Shown here: piece by piece, positions 56,525 through 64,000 of the stretch
Numbering within the stretch: the first letter of the stretch is position 1
How the letters are laid out: every line of letters starts with the position of its first letter
Assembly (NCBI GenBank): GCA_036265325.1
Contig: DATAPH010000088.1
Location: 2,868-66,867 of the forward strand
Direction of reading: 5' to 3'
Origin: Actinomycetota bacterium
GTDB taxonomy: Bacteria; Actinomycetota; UBA4738; HRBIN12
Length of the DNA stretch: 64,000 nt
Program-made: the position numbers and the translations under genes
The notes under the pieces: generated by a model
What the model was told of the DNA's origin: nothing
The model's database searches: none
What the model saw: only the letters and a program-made list of their open reading frames with translations

Positions 56525-58555
56525 ATGTTCGACGACCAGCTCAACCCCGAGCAACGCCTGGCGGCGACCTATGGCGAGGGCCCGCTCCTGATCGTCGCCG
56601 GCGCCGGCACGGGCAAGACGACGACGCTGGCCGCCCGGGTGACGACGCTGCTCGAGCGCGGCACCAGACCGGAGCGGATCCTGCTGCTGACGTTCAGCCG
56701 CCGCGCCGCGCGGGAGATGCTCGACCGCGCCGAGCGCGCAGGCCATCGCGAGGCCGGCCGGATCTGGGGCGGAACCTTCCACGCCGTCGCGAACCGCCTG
56801 TTGCGCGTGCACGCCCAGGCGCTCGTCCTCTCGCCGGCGTTCACCGTCCTCGACCAAGCGGACGGCGCCGACGTCATGAACCTCCTTCGCGACGAACTCG
56901 GCTACGCGGCGCGCACGAAGCGCTTCCCGCGGAAGGAGACGCTCGCGCAGATCCACTCGCGGGTCGTCAACGCGGGCGAGAAGCTCGACGTCGTCCTCGA
57001 CCGCCACTACCCGTGGTGCACCGACGAAGCCGACGGCATCCGCCAGATTTTCCGCGCTTACACGGCGCGCAAGCGTGAACAGCACACGCTCGACTACGAC
57101 GACCTGCTGCTGTTCTGGAAGGCGCTCGCGAGCTCGCCGACCACCGGGCCACACGTGGCCGCGATGTTCGACCACATCCTGGTGGACGAGTACCAGGACA
57201 CGAACGCGGTGCAGGCCGACATCCTGGAAGGCATGCGGCCCGCGGGCACGCCGCAGAACCTCACCGTCGTCGGCGACGACGCGCAGGCGATCTACGGGTT
57301 CCGCGCCGCGACGGTGCACAACATCCTCGCGTTCCCCGAGCGGTTCCCCGACACGACGATCGTCAAGCTCGAACGCAACTATCGGTCGACCACGCCGATC
57401 CTCGACCTTTCGAACGCCGTCATCGCAGCATCGGCGCAACGGCACGAGAAGTCGTTGTGGACCGAGCGCACCGGCGGGGTGACCCCGACGCTGCAGGCGT
57501 GTCTCGACGAAGCGGGCCAGGCCGACGCCGTCTGCCGCGCCGTGCTCACGGCGCGCGAGCGCGGCACGCCGCTCAAGCATCAGGCCGTGCTGTTCCGAGC
57601 CGCGCACCATTCCGACGTGCTCGAGGTGGAACTCCTTCGCCGCAACATCCCGTTCGTGAAGTTCGGCGGCCTCAAGTTCCTCGAGGCCGCCCACGTGAAA
57701 GACGCGCTCGCGATGCTCCGCGTGCTCGAGAACCCCCACGACGAGGTGGCGTGGTTCCGCGTCCTGCAACTTCCTGAAGGCATGGGGCCGGCGAGCGCCC
57801 GCGCGGTGATGGACCGCATCGGGGTGCGCCACGATGACGGTCTCCGCCCAGTGGTCAACCTACTTGACCATGCGATCGAGGTGCCGAAGGGCAGCGGCGA
57901 GGGTGTGCAAGCGCTGCGCAGCGCCTTGGCCGGCTGTCTCGACGAGGTGGTCACGAGCCCAGCGGCCCAGCTCGAACGCATCCGGACGTACCTCGAGCCG
58001 GTGATCGCCCGGAAGTACGCATCCGCCGTCGCACGGATCGCCGACCTCGACCAGCTGGCCCTGCTGGCTCGCGGCTACGAGCGGCGCGGCCGGTTCCTCG
58101 CGGAACTCACGCTGGACCCGCCGGCCGCGTCGACCGACCTCGCCGGGCCGCCGAGCCTCGACGAGGACTATCTGATCTTGTCGACCATCCACTCCGCCAA
58201 GGGTCTCGAGTGGGACGCCGTCTATGTGATCCATGCGACCGACGGCTGCATCCCGTCCGACATGGCGACCGGCGACGAGGACGAACTGGAAGAAGAGCGT
58301 CGGCTGCTCTACGTCGCGCTCACCCGCGCACGCGACGAGCTCGTGCTCACGTACCCGCAGCGCTACTACAAGCGGCAGAAGCCACGAGACGACGTCCACA
58401 TGTACGCGGTCGTCTCACGCTTCCTCGACACCGGCGAGGTGCGACAGCACCTGGATGAGCGCGCGCCTGCGATCGACGTCCGCGAGGACGACGACGTGAC
58501 CGCCGCGTCGGGCACCGCGAGCGTCGACGGATATCTCGCCGACCTGTTCGGCTGA
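56525..58555 (+). CDS. UvrD/PcrA/Rep-family ATP-dependent DNA helicase
   Basis: 676 aa with Walker A AGAGTGKTTTLA and the helicase motifs DEYQDTN, YRS, and VALTRARDEL. Confidence 0.85.
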   Translation: MFDDQLNPEQRLAATYGEGPLLIVAGAGTGKTTTLAARVTTLLERGTRPERILLLTFSRRAAREMLDRAERAGHREAGRIWGGTFHAVANRLLRVHAQALVLSPAFTVLDQADGADVMNLLRDELGYAARTKRFPRKETLAQIHSRVVNAGEKLDVVLDRHYPWCTDEADGIRQIFRAYTARKREQHTLDYDDLLLFWKALASSPTTGPHVAAMFDHILVDEYQDTNAVQADILEGMRPAGTPQNLTVVGDDAQAIYGFRAATVHNILAFPERFPDTTIVKLERNYRSTTPILDLSNAVIAASAQRHEKSLWTERTGGVTPTLQACLDEAGQADAVCRAVLTARERGTPLKHQAVLFRAAHHSDVLEVELLRRNIPFVKFGGLKFLEAAHVKDALAMLRVLENPHDEVAWFRVLQLPEGMGPASARAVMDRIGVRHDDGLRPVVNLLDHAIEVPKGSGEGVQALRSALAGCLDEVVTSPAAQLERIRTYLEPVIARKYASAVARIADLDQLALLARGYERRGRFLAELTLDPPAASTDLAGPPSLDEDYLILSTIHSAKGLEWDAVYVIHATDGCIPSDMATGDEDELEEERRLLYVALTRARDELVLTYPQRYYKRQKPRDDVHMYAVVSRFLDTGEVRQHLDERAPAIDVREDDDVTAASGTASVDGYLADLFG

Positions 58556-58613
58556 GCACGCGGCGCGGCGCGCCGGACCGGAGGTGGATCGCCCGCCGTG
58601 CCGGCCGGGGAAC

Positions 58614-59360
58614 TCAGTTCCCGCCGAGCAGGTTCCCGACGATGTTCACGCCGCTCGAGTCGTTGTCGCCCGACGGCTGCGGCAAGTACGGCTGCAACGC
58701 GTGCGCAAGGTTGGCGATCGGCAACGTCTGCAGCCACACGCGCCCGGGGCCGGTCAGCGTCGCGAGGAACAGCCCCTCGCCGCCGAACAGCTTGTTCTTG
58801 ATGCCGGGCATCATCTGCACGTCGAACGCCATCTGCGCCTGGAACATCCCGACGTGGCCGGGGTTCACGCGGAGGACCTCGCCGGGGGCGAGATCGAGCA
58901 CGCGAACCTCGCCGTCGAGCTCGACCCAGGCCTGGCACGTGCCGCCGAGCTTCTGGAGGATGAATCCCTCGCCGCCGAAGATGCCGGCGCCGAGCTTCTT
59001 CTGGAAGCCGACCGTGAACTCGACGCCCTCGGTCGCGCAGAGGAAGCCGTTGCGCTGGATCATCAGCTCGCTGCCCGGCTGGACCTGCACCGGCAGGATC
59101 TGGCCGGGCATCTTCGTCGCGAACGAGACGGAGCCGACGCCGTTCTGCGAGCGGAACTCCGTCATGAAGATGCCGCCGCCGGCGACCGCGCGCTTGAGCA
59201 CGCCCATAACGCCCTTGGCGCCCGCGGTCTGCGTGGTGGTGGCCATCTCGATCGACTGCGACATCCAGGACATCTCGCCGGCCTCGGACACGATCGCGTC
59301 GCCGGGGTTCAGCGTGACCTCCAGGACGGGCAGGACGGTGCCGTGGATCTGTGCGTCCAT
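58614..59360 (-). CDS. TIGR00266 / AIM24 (DUF124) family protein
   Basis: 248 aa. The N-terminus (IHGTVLPVLEVTLNPGDAIVSEAGEMSWM) and the glycine-rich repeats are typical of the family. Confidence 0.65.
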   Translation of the reverse strand: MDAQIHGTVLPVLEVTLNPGDAIVSEAGEMSWMSQSIEMATTTQTAGAKGVMGVLKRAVAGGGIFMTEFRSQNGVGSVSFATKMPGQILPVQVQPGSELMIQRNGFLCATEGVEFTVGFQKKLGAGIFGGEGFILQKLGGTCQAWVELDGEVRVLDLAPGEVLRVNPGHVGMFQAQMAFDVQMMPGIKNKLFGGEGLFLATLTGPGRVWLQTLPIANLAHALQPYLPQPSGDNDSSGVNIVGNLLGGN

Positions 59361-59438
59361 CGCCAGGCCTCCTCTGGTGGGTCGTTCGGTCGGAACGATA
59401 TCGGCATCGTCGGGCGGGACCCGTAGGCTGACCGCTCG

Positions 59439-60092
59439 ATGCCGACCGCCTACCTACTGGACCTCTACGACACCCTCGCCCACGGCGACTGGATCTCCTG
59501 GCGGGAAGAGTTGGCGTCGCTCACCGGACTCTCGCAGGACCAGATCGGGGACGCCTACGAGCGCACCCGGGCCGCTCGGAACCGAGGCGAGTTCGAGTCG
59601 CCCGCCGGCGATGTGGCCGCGATCTTGGACGCCGCGGGTCTCGACGCGGACTTGGCCGAGCGGGTGCTCGAGGCCGAGACGGCGTTCGGGGACCGGATCG
59701 AGCTCTACGACGACGTGCTCCCGACATTGACGCGCATGCGCGACGCCGGCCACCCGACGGTCATCGTCAGCAACTGTTCGTGGGGAACGCGCGCAACCCT
59801 CGAGCGTGTCGGCTTGGACACGGCGTGCGACAAGGTGGTCCTTTCGTGCGAGGTCGGCGCACACAAGCCCGAGGCCGAGATCTACCGCACGGCGCTCGAC
59901 GCGCTGGATGTCGCGCCGGCCGACGCGCTCTTCATCGACGACCAGACGGCCTATTGCGACGGTGCCCGCTCGCTGGGCATCGACACGCGGCTGATCCAGC
60001 GGCCGACCGCGTCGCCGTTCGAAGGGTTCGCGCCGACGACGAACGGCCATACGGTGATCACCGGGTTGGCCGAGCTGCTCGACGCGGGCTAG
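59439..60092 (+). CDS. HAD-IA family hydrolase
   Basis: Motif I LLDLYDT and the downstream SNCS and K...DD motifs are present. Confidence 0.7.
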   Translation: MPTAYLLDLYDTLAHGDWISWREELASLTGLSQDQIGDAYERTRAARNRGEFESPAGDVAAILDAAGLDADLAERVLEAETAFGDRIELYDDVLPTLTRMRDAGHPTVIVSNCSWGTRATLERVGLDTACDKVVLSCEVGAHKPEAEIYRTALDALDVAPADALFIDDQTAYCDGARSLGIDTRLIQRPTASPFEGFAPTTNGHTVITGLAELLDAG

Positions 60093-60096
60093 CCCT

Positions 60097-60774
60097 CTAG
60101 CAACAGTCGTCGATGCAGGCGGCGATCGGCTTGCGGATCCCCGTCACGAACGGCACCTCGACCTTCGTGAAGCGGCGCGCCTCGGTGTTCCGCAACAACC
60201 GGATCACGTCGACGATCGAGTCGAGTTTGGGCGACTCGAACGCGAGGATCCATTCCCAGTCGCCGAGCCCGAACGCGCTCGTGGTGTTGCCGACCACCTC
60301 GGGGAACTCGCGGCCGGTCCCGCCGTGGGTGCGAAGCAGCTCGGCGCGCTCCTCGGACGGCAACAGGTACCAGTCCGCCGTCCGGACGAACGGGTACACG
60401 CACAGATAGTCCTGCGCCGGGTCCCCCTTGACGAAGGCCGGCGCGTGGTCCGGGCTGAACTCGGCGGGCTTGACCACACCCATGAAGGACCAGGCGAGGT
60501 CGAGATACGTCGCGATCTCCGTCCGGCGGAACTCGACGAGTGCGTGCTGGACGTCCTCGGCGGTCGGACCGACAAGCCAGAGCAGCAGATCGGCGTCCGC
60601 CCGGAAGCCGACCGTCGAGTACGAACCGCGAAGCGTGACGCCGTCGCCGAGCCGTTTGAAGAGGTCCTCCACCTCGCGGGTGGCGCGTGCACGGTCCTCG
60701 GGATCGGCGAACGCGGACCGGATCTCTGGGTCGGCGCGGAACACGGGATACAGGGCGTAGATCGTGTCTGTCAT
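60097..60774 (-). CDS. hemQ: coproheme decarboxylase / chlorite-dismutase-family heme synthase
   Basis: I trimmed it to the ATG at 60774 (MTDTIYALYPVF...). It has the Cld/HemQ fold. The start overlaps the hemY stop (ATGA). Confidence 0.8.
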   Translation of the reverse strand: MTDTIYALYPVFRADPEIRSAFADPEDRARATREVEDLFKRLGDGVTLRGSYSTVGFRADADLLLWLVGPTAEDVQHALVEFRRTEIATYLDLAWSFMGVVKPAEFSPDHAPAFVKGDPAQDYLCVYPFVRTADWYLLPSEERAELLRTHGGTGREFPEVVGNTTSAFGLGDWEWILAFESPKLDSIVDVIRLLRNTEARRFTKVEVPFVTGIRKPIAACIDDCC

Positions 60775-62147
60775 GCGTGGACCTCCCGGTCGAGATATGC
60801 GGCGATCGCGTCGGCGGTCATACCCGCGCTGCGGACGCAGTCCGGGACGCCGACGCCGTCGAGCGACCGTCCACACACGAAGATACCCGGGGGGAGCTCG
60901 TAGCGGATCCGCTCGGCGCGCTCGAGATGCCCGACCAGGTACTGCGGCATCGCACGCGGCCACCGCACGACGGCGGCGTCCTCGGGAGCGTCCGGCAAGG
61001 GCAAAAGCGCGGCGAGATGCCGGGCACACGCGTCGATCAGCGCGGCATCGTCGGCATCGAGGATGTCCTCCTCGCCGGCCGCGCCGACGAAACAGCGCAA
61101 CACCGCACGGTCCCCGAACGACGGGTCGGGCCACTTGTTCGAGATCCACGTGCTCGCGGTCATCGGCGCCGCGCCTCGCGGGACGACGAACCCCGACCCT
61201 TCGGGGAGCGCCGAGCCCGTGCCCTCGGCGTAGACCAGGGCGACCACGCCGGTCGAGACGAACGGGATCCGGGCGAGCTCGGCCGACGCGGCGCCGGGCG
61301 GCACGAGCCGTGCGGCGGCGGGCGCGTCGACCGTCAGGATCACGGCACGCGCGTCGACGGGGCCCTCGGGCGTCAGCACGCGCCAGGCCTCGCCTTCGCC
61401 GCGTTCGATCTTCGTCGCGGGGGTAGAGGTGCGAAGCGACGCCTTGCCGACGTCGTCGACCAGCGCGTCGATCAACCGCTCCACGCCGTCGCGGGGGCGA
61501 AGGAACATCGGGCCGGCGTCGCCCTTGGGGTGGCGCGCCGCCGCCTGTGCGCCGCGGAGGAGCGACCCCTGCGCGCGCTCCCAGCCCTGCAGCTCCGGAA
61601 ACGTCGCACGCACCGACAGGGCGTCGACGTCGCCGGCATACAAGCCCGAGAGCAGCGGCGCGATCGCTCGGTCCGTCGCCTCGTCACCGAGGCGGCGTCG
61701 CAGCAGCGTCCCGAGCGACTCGTCCTCGTCGTCGCGGCGCTTGCGCGCGATCAGATCACGAAGCGCGCGCATCCGCCCCGCGCGCGACAGACCCGGCCAG
61801 CGGAACGCATCACCGAGGTCGCTCGGGATGCCGAACGCGGTTCCGGTCGGGTACGGCACCAGGCCGCGCTCGGTCCACAGGTAGGAGCCCGCCGCGCGCG
61901 GCTGGATCAGCTCGTCGCCGATCCCGAGCTCTCGGCAAAGGTCGACCGCCCACGGCTTGCGTGCGAGGAACGAATCGGGACCGGCCGGCACGCGGACACC
62001 GCCGACCGACACGCTCCGCAGCATGCCGCCCGGCTCGGGTGCGGCCTCGAGCACGGTGACCGTTGCGGCAGGGTCATCCGCTCGCACACGGTGCGCCACG
62101 GTGAGCCCGGTCACGCCACCGCCGATGATCACGACGTCGACGGTCAC
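60771..62147 (-). CDS. hemY: protoporphyrinogen/coproporphyrinogen III oxidase
   Basis: The GTG start at 62147 overlaps the hemE TGA. The FAD motif is VVIIGGGVTGLT, with an amine-oxidase fold. Confidence 0.85.
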   Translation of the reverse strand: MTVDVVIIGGGVTGLTVAHRVRADDPAATVTVLEAAPEPGGMLRSVSVGGVRVPAGPDSFLARKPWAVDLCRELGIGDELIQPRAAGSYLWTERGLVPYPTGTAFGIPSDLGDAFRWPGLSRAGRMRALRDLIARKRRDDEDESLGTLLRRRLGDEATDRAIAPLLSGLYAGDVDALSVRATFPELQGWERAQGSLLRGAQAAARHPKGDAGPMFLRPRDGVERLIDALVDDVGKASLRTSTPATKIERGEGEAWRVLTPEGPVDARAVILTVDAPAAARLVPPGAASAELARIPFVSTGVVALVYAEGTGSALPEGSGFVVPRGAAPMTASTWISNKWPDPSFGDRAVLRCFVGAAGEEDILDADDAALIDACARHLAALLPLPDAPEDAAVVRWPRAMPQYLVGHLERAERIRYELPPGIFVCGRSLDGVGVPDCVRSAGMTADAIAAYLDREVHA

Positions 62148-63187
62148 GGGGCGACGCTCCGCTGGGTCCGCTCGTGCACGAGATCGACCAACCGTTGGAG
62201 GGTCCCCACCGGTGTGTCGGGCAGCACGCCGTGCCCCAGGTTGAACACGTGGCCGTCACGCGCGCCGGCGCGCGCGAGCACATCGAGCGCCTCGCGCTCG
62301 ACCACCTCCCAGGGCGCGAGCAACGCGCTCGGATCGAGGTTGCCCTGCACGGCGCGCTGCGACGCGCCCCCGACGCGCGCCCACCCTGCGTCGAGCGGCA
62401 CGCGCGCGTCGATGCCGATCGCGTCGCCGCCTGCGGCCGCCATCGCAGCCAGCAGCTCGCCGGTTCCGACGCCGAAATGGATCACGGGCACGCCGAGCTC
62501 ACCGATCGCAGCGAACAGCCGCCGCATGTGCGGCGCCACCGCCGTCTCGTACGTGGCCGGTGCGAGCGCACCCACCCACGAGTCGAAGATTTGGATCGCC
62601 GACGCGCCGGCTTCGACCTGCGCCCCCACGTGCGCGACGACGGTCGTGACGAGCCGATCGAGTAGGTCGTTCCACAGGGCCGCCTCGCTCCACAGCAGCG
62701 CCTTCGTGCGCGCGTGGTCGCGCGACGGGCCTCCTTCGATCAGATAGCTGGCGAGCGTGAACGGCGCGCCGGCGAACCCGATCAGCGGTACGTCGAGCTC
62801 TTTGGCCAACAGCCGGACCGTGTCGAGGACGAAGGGCTCGTCGGCTCCGGGCTCGAGCGCCCGCAGCCGAGCGACACCGGTCGCGTCGCGGATCGGATCG
62901 TCCAGCACGGGGCCGCGCCCCTGCACGATCCGGATCGGCACCCCGACCGCGACGAGCGGCACGACGATGTCGCTGAAGACGATCGCCGCGTCCACCGGCA
63001 TCCGGCGCAACGGCTGCAACGTGATCTCGACCGCCTCTTCCGGGCGCCGGATCGACTCGAGGATGTCGCGGTCGCCGCGGAGTTCCCGATACTCGGGCAG
63101 GTAGCGGCCCGCCTGGCGCATGAACCACACAGGGGTGCGGTCGACGGGCTCGCGCCGGAGCGCACGCAGGAATCGATCCGAGGCCAT
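62144..63187 (-). CDS. hemE: uroporphyrinogen decarboxylase
   Basis: 347 aa with the URO-D motifs PVWFMRQAGRYLPEY and IFDSWVG. Confidence 0.9.
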   Translation of the reverse strand: MASDRFLRALRREPVDRTPVWFMRQAGRYLPEYRELRGDRDILESIRRPEEAVEITLQPLRRMPVDAAIVFSDIVVPLVAVGVPIRIVQGRGPVLDDPIRDATGVARLRALEPGADEPFVLDTVRLLAKELDVPLIGFAGAPFTLASYLIEGGPSRDHARTKALLWSEAALWNDLLDRLVTTVVAHVGAQVEAGASAIQIFDSWVGALAPATYETAVAPHMRRLFAAIGELGVPVIHFGVGTGELLAAMAAAGGDAIGIDARVPLDAGWARVGGASQRAVQGNLDPSALLAPWEVVEREALDVLARAGARDGHVFNLGHGVLPDTPVGTLQRLVDLVHERTQRSVAP

Positions 63188-63233
63188 GACCAGCCAGGAT
63201 ACGGAGCCGTTGCGGGCCCGCTCGGGGCGGCGC

Positions 63234-63671
63234 TCAGGCGAGCTCGACGCCGTCCGCGTCGGCGGCGGTTCGCCGGTCGATCGCGGGATCGGTCTGGCGG
63301 AGCCCGACGACCTCGCTCGTGACCTCGATCAGCCGGTCGATGTCGAACGGCTTGACCAGATACGCCACGGCGCCGAGGTCGCGGGCCCGCTGCAGGTCGA
63401 GGATGTTGTCCTTGCCCGAGCAGACGATCACCGGAACCGGATCGCCCTTGGCGTGGAGCTGCTCCAGTACCTGCCACCCGTCGATCCCGGGCAACAGCAC
63501 GTCCAACAAGAGGGCGTCGGGCGACTCGGTCTCGATCCGCTCGAGGGCCGTGCGGCCGTCGCTCGCGAGCATCGGCTCGATCCCCACCGCGGTCAGGTTG
63601 ATCCGAAGGATCACCAGCGTGTCCGGGTCGTCCTCGGCGATCAGCACGCGCGGCTTGTGAAGCGCCACCAT
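63234..63671 (-). CDS. stand-alone response-regulator receiver domain protein
   Basis: 145 aa with a CheY-like fold (LIAEDDPDT...LLLDVLLPGIDG...AYLVKPF). Its start overlaps the stop of the upstream GAF gene by 1 nt. Confidence 0.75.
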   Translation of the reverse strand: MVALHKPRVLIAEDDPDTLVILRINLTAVGIEPMLASDGRTALERIETESPDALLLDVLLPGIDGWQVLEQLHAKGDPVPVIVCSGKDNILDLQRARDLGAVAYLVKPFDIDRLIEVTSEVVGLRQTDPAIDRRTAADADGVELA

Positions 63672-64000
63672 CAGCCGACCTCCCGCCGCTTCCGGAGATC
63701 GAGCAGCGCGGCCACGTGCGCGCGCTCCGCTTCGTACAACCGGGCGTTCGCGACGGCCAGCGCAGCCTGCTCGGCGAAGACCGCGAGCGCGCGCAGGTCG
63801 TATTCGGTGAACGAACGCCCGATCGGCGCGTTCACGTTGAGCACGCCCTGCAGCTCGGCGCGGTGCACGAGCGGCACCGACATCGCGCTTTCCACGTAGG
63901 GCTCGCGCAGCACCAACCCGGGGAACAGATCCGGATCCGCATGGCCGTCGATCAACACCGGCTCGCGTCGGATCGCCACGTACCCGCCGACCCCCTCGCC
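63671..64000 (-). CDS. GAF-domain protein (C-terminal part only; the gene continues beyond the window end)
   Basis: The C-terminal 100 aa are GAF-like (MSVPLVHRAELQGVLNVNAP...FAEQAALAVANARL). The reading frame is open to the window edge. It forms an operon with the receiver protein. Confidence 0.5.
   Translation of the reverse strand, partial: GEGVGGYVAIRREPVLIDGHADPDLFPGLVLREPYVESAMSVPLVHRAELQGVLNVNAPIGRSFTEYDLRALAVFAEQAALAVANARLYEAERAHVAALLDLRKRREVG

Noticed and set aside
1-64000. Searched for CRISPR arrays, IS elements, transposase or integrase genes, and toxin-antitoxin pairs.
   Set aside because: I found no regularly spaced direct repeats, no DDE-transposase or tyrosine-recombinase signatures, and no small two-gene TA-like pairs. 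The MazG-like plus GNAT pair lacks a DUF1778/RHH antitoxin partner.

Overview
This is a gene-dense, very GC-rich chromosomal window (roughly 70% G+C by eye), with many 4-nt start/stop overlaps and GTG starts; the gene content looks actinobacterial. Most of it is housekeeping. It holds ppm1 plus a GtrA/HprK-like fusion gene, mazG-like and GNAT genes, asd-lysC, a five-gene family-5 (Dpp/Opp-type) ABC peptide transporter operon, an ECF sigma/anti-sigma pair, and recR-dnaX with an unlisted SRP RNA (ffs) upstream. Further along are leuCD with a divergent IclR regulator, three MFS transporters, a two-component system, and heme biosynthesis genes in two blocks (hemA-hemC-hemD, hemB and hemL; then hemE-hemY-hemQ), followed by msrA, a CDGSH protein, a UvrD-like helicase and an AIM24-like protein. 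The window ends in a receiver-domain protein and a GAF-domain gene. I found four complete tRNA genes on the minus strand, namely Ser-GGA, Ser-CGA, Ser-GCU and Arg-ACG. I saw no CRISPR array, transposase or integrase. The ORF track omits edge-truncated genes and RNAs, and many long listed ORFs are antisense shadows of real genes. The most interesting observations are:
1. A 46-bp near-perfect direct repeat of the 3' part of tRNA-Arg (anticodon loop to 3' end) brackets a 1.9-kb segment carrying only an MFS transporter. This looks like the att-site scar of a decayed integrative element.
2. Next to it sits a translationally coupled SagB-type dehydrogenase-like plus SAM methyltransferase pair, with no YcaO or precursor gene.
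3. A GtrA membrane domain is fused to an HPr-kinase C-terminal-like P-loop domain and overlaps ppm1.
4. A beta-lactamase-family serine hydrolase is fused to a 2H (LigT-like) phosphoesterase domain.
5. A lower-GC islet containing secreted and GNAT genes lies between two tRNA-Ser genes.
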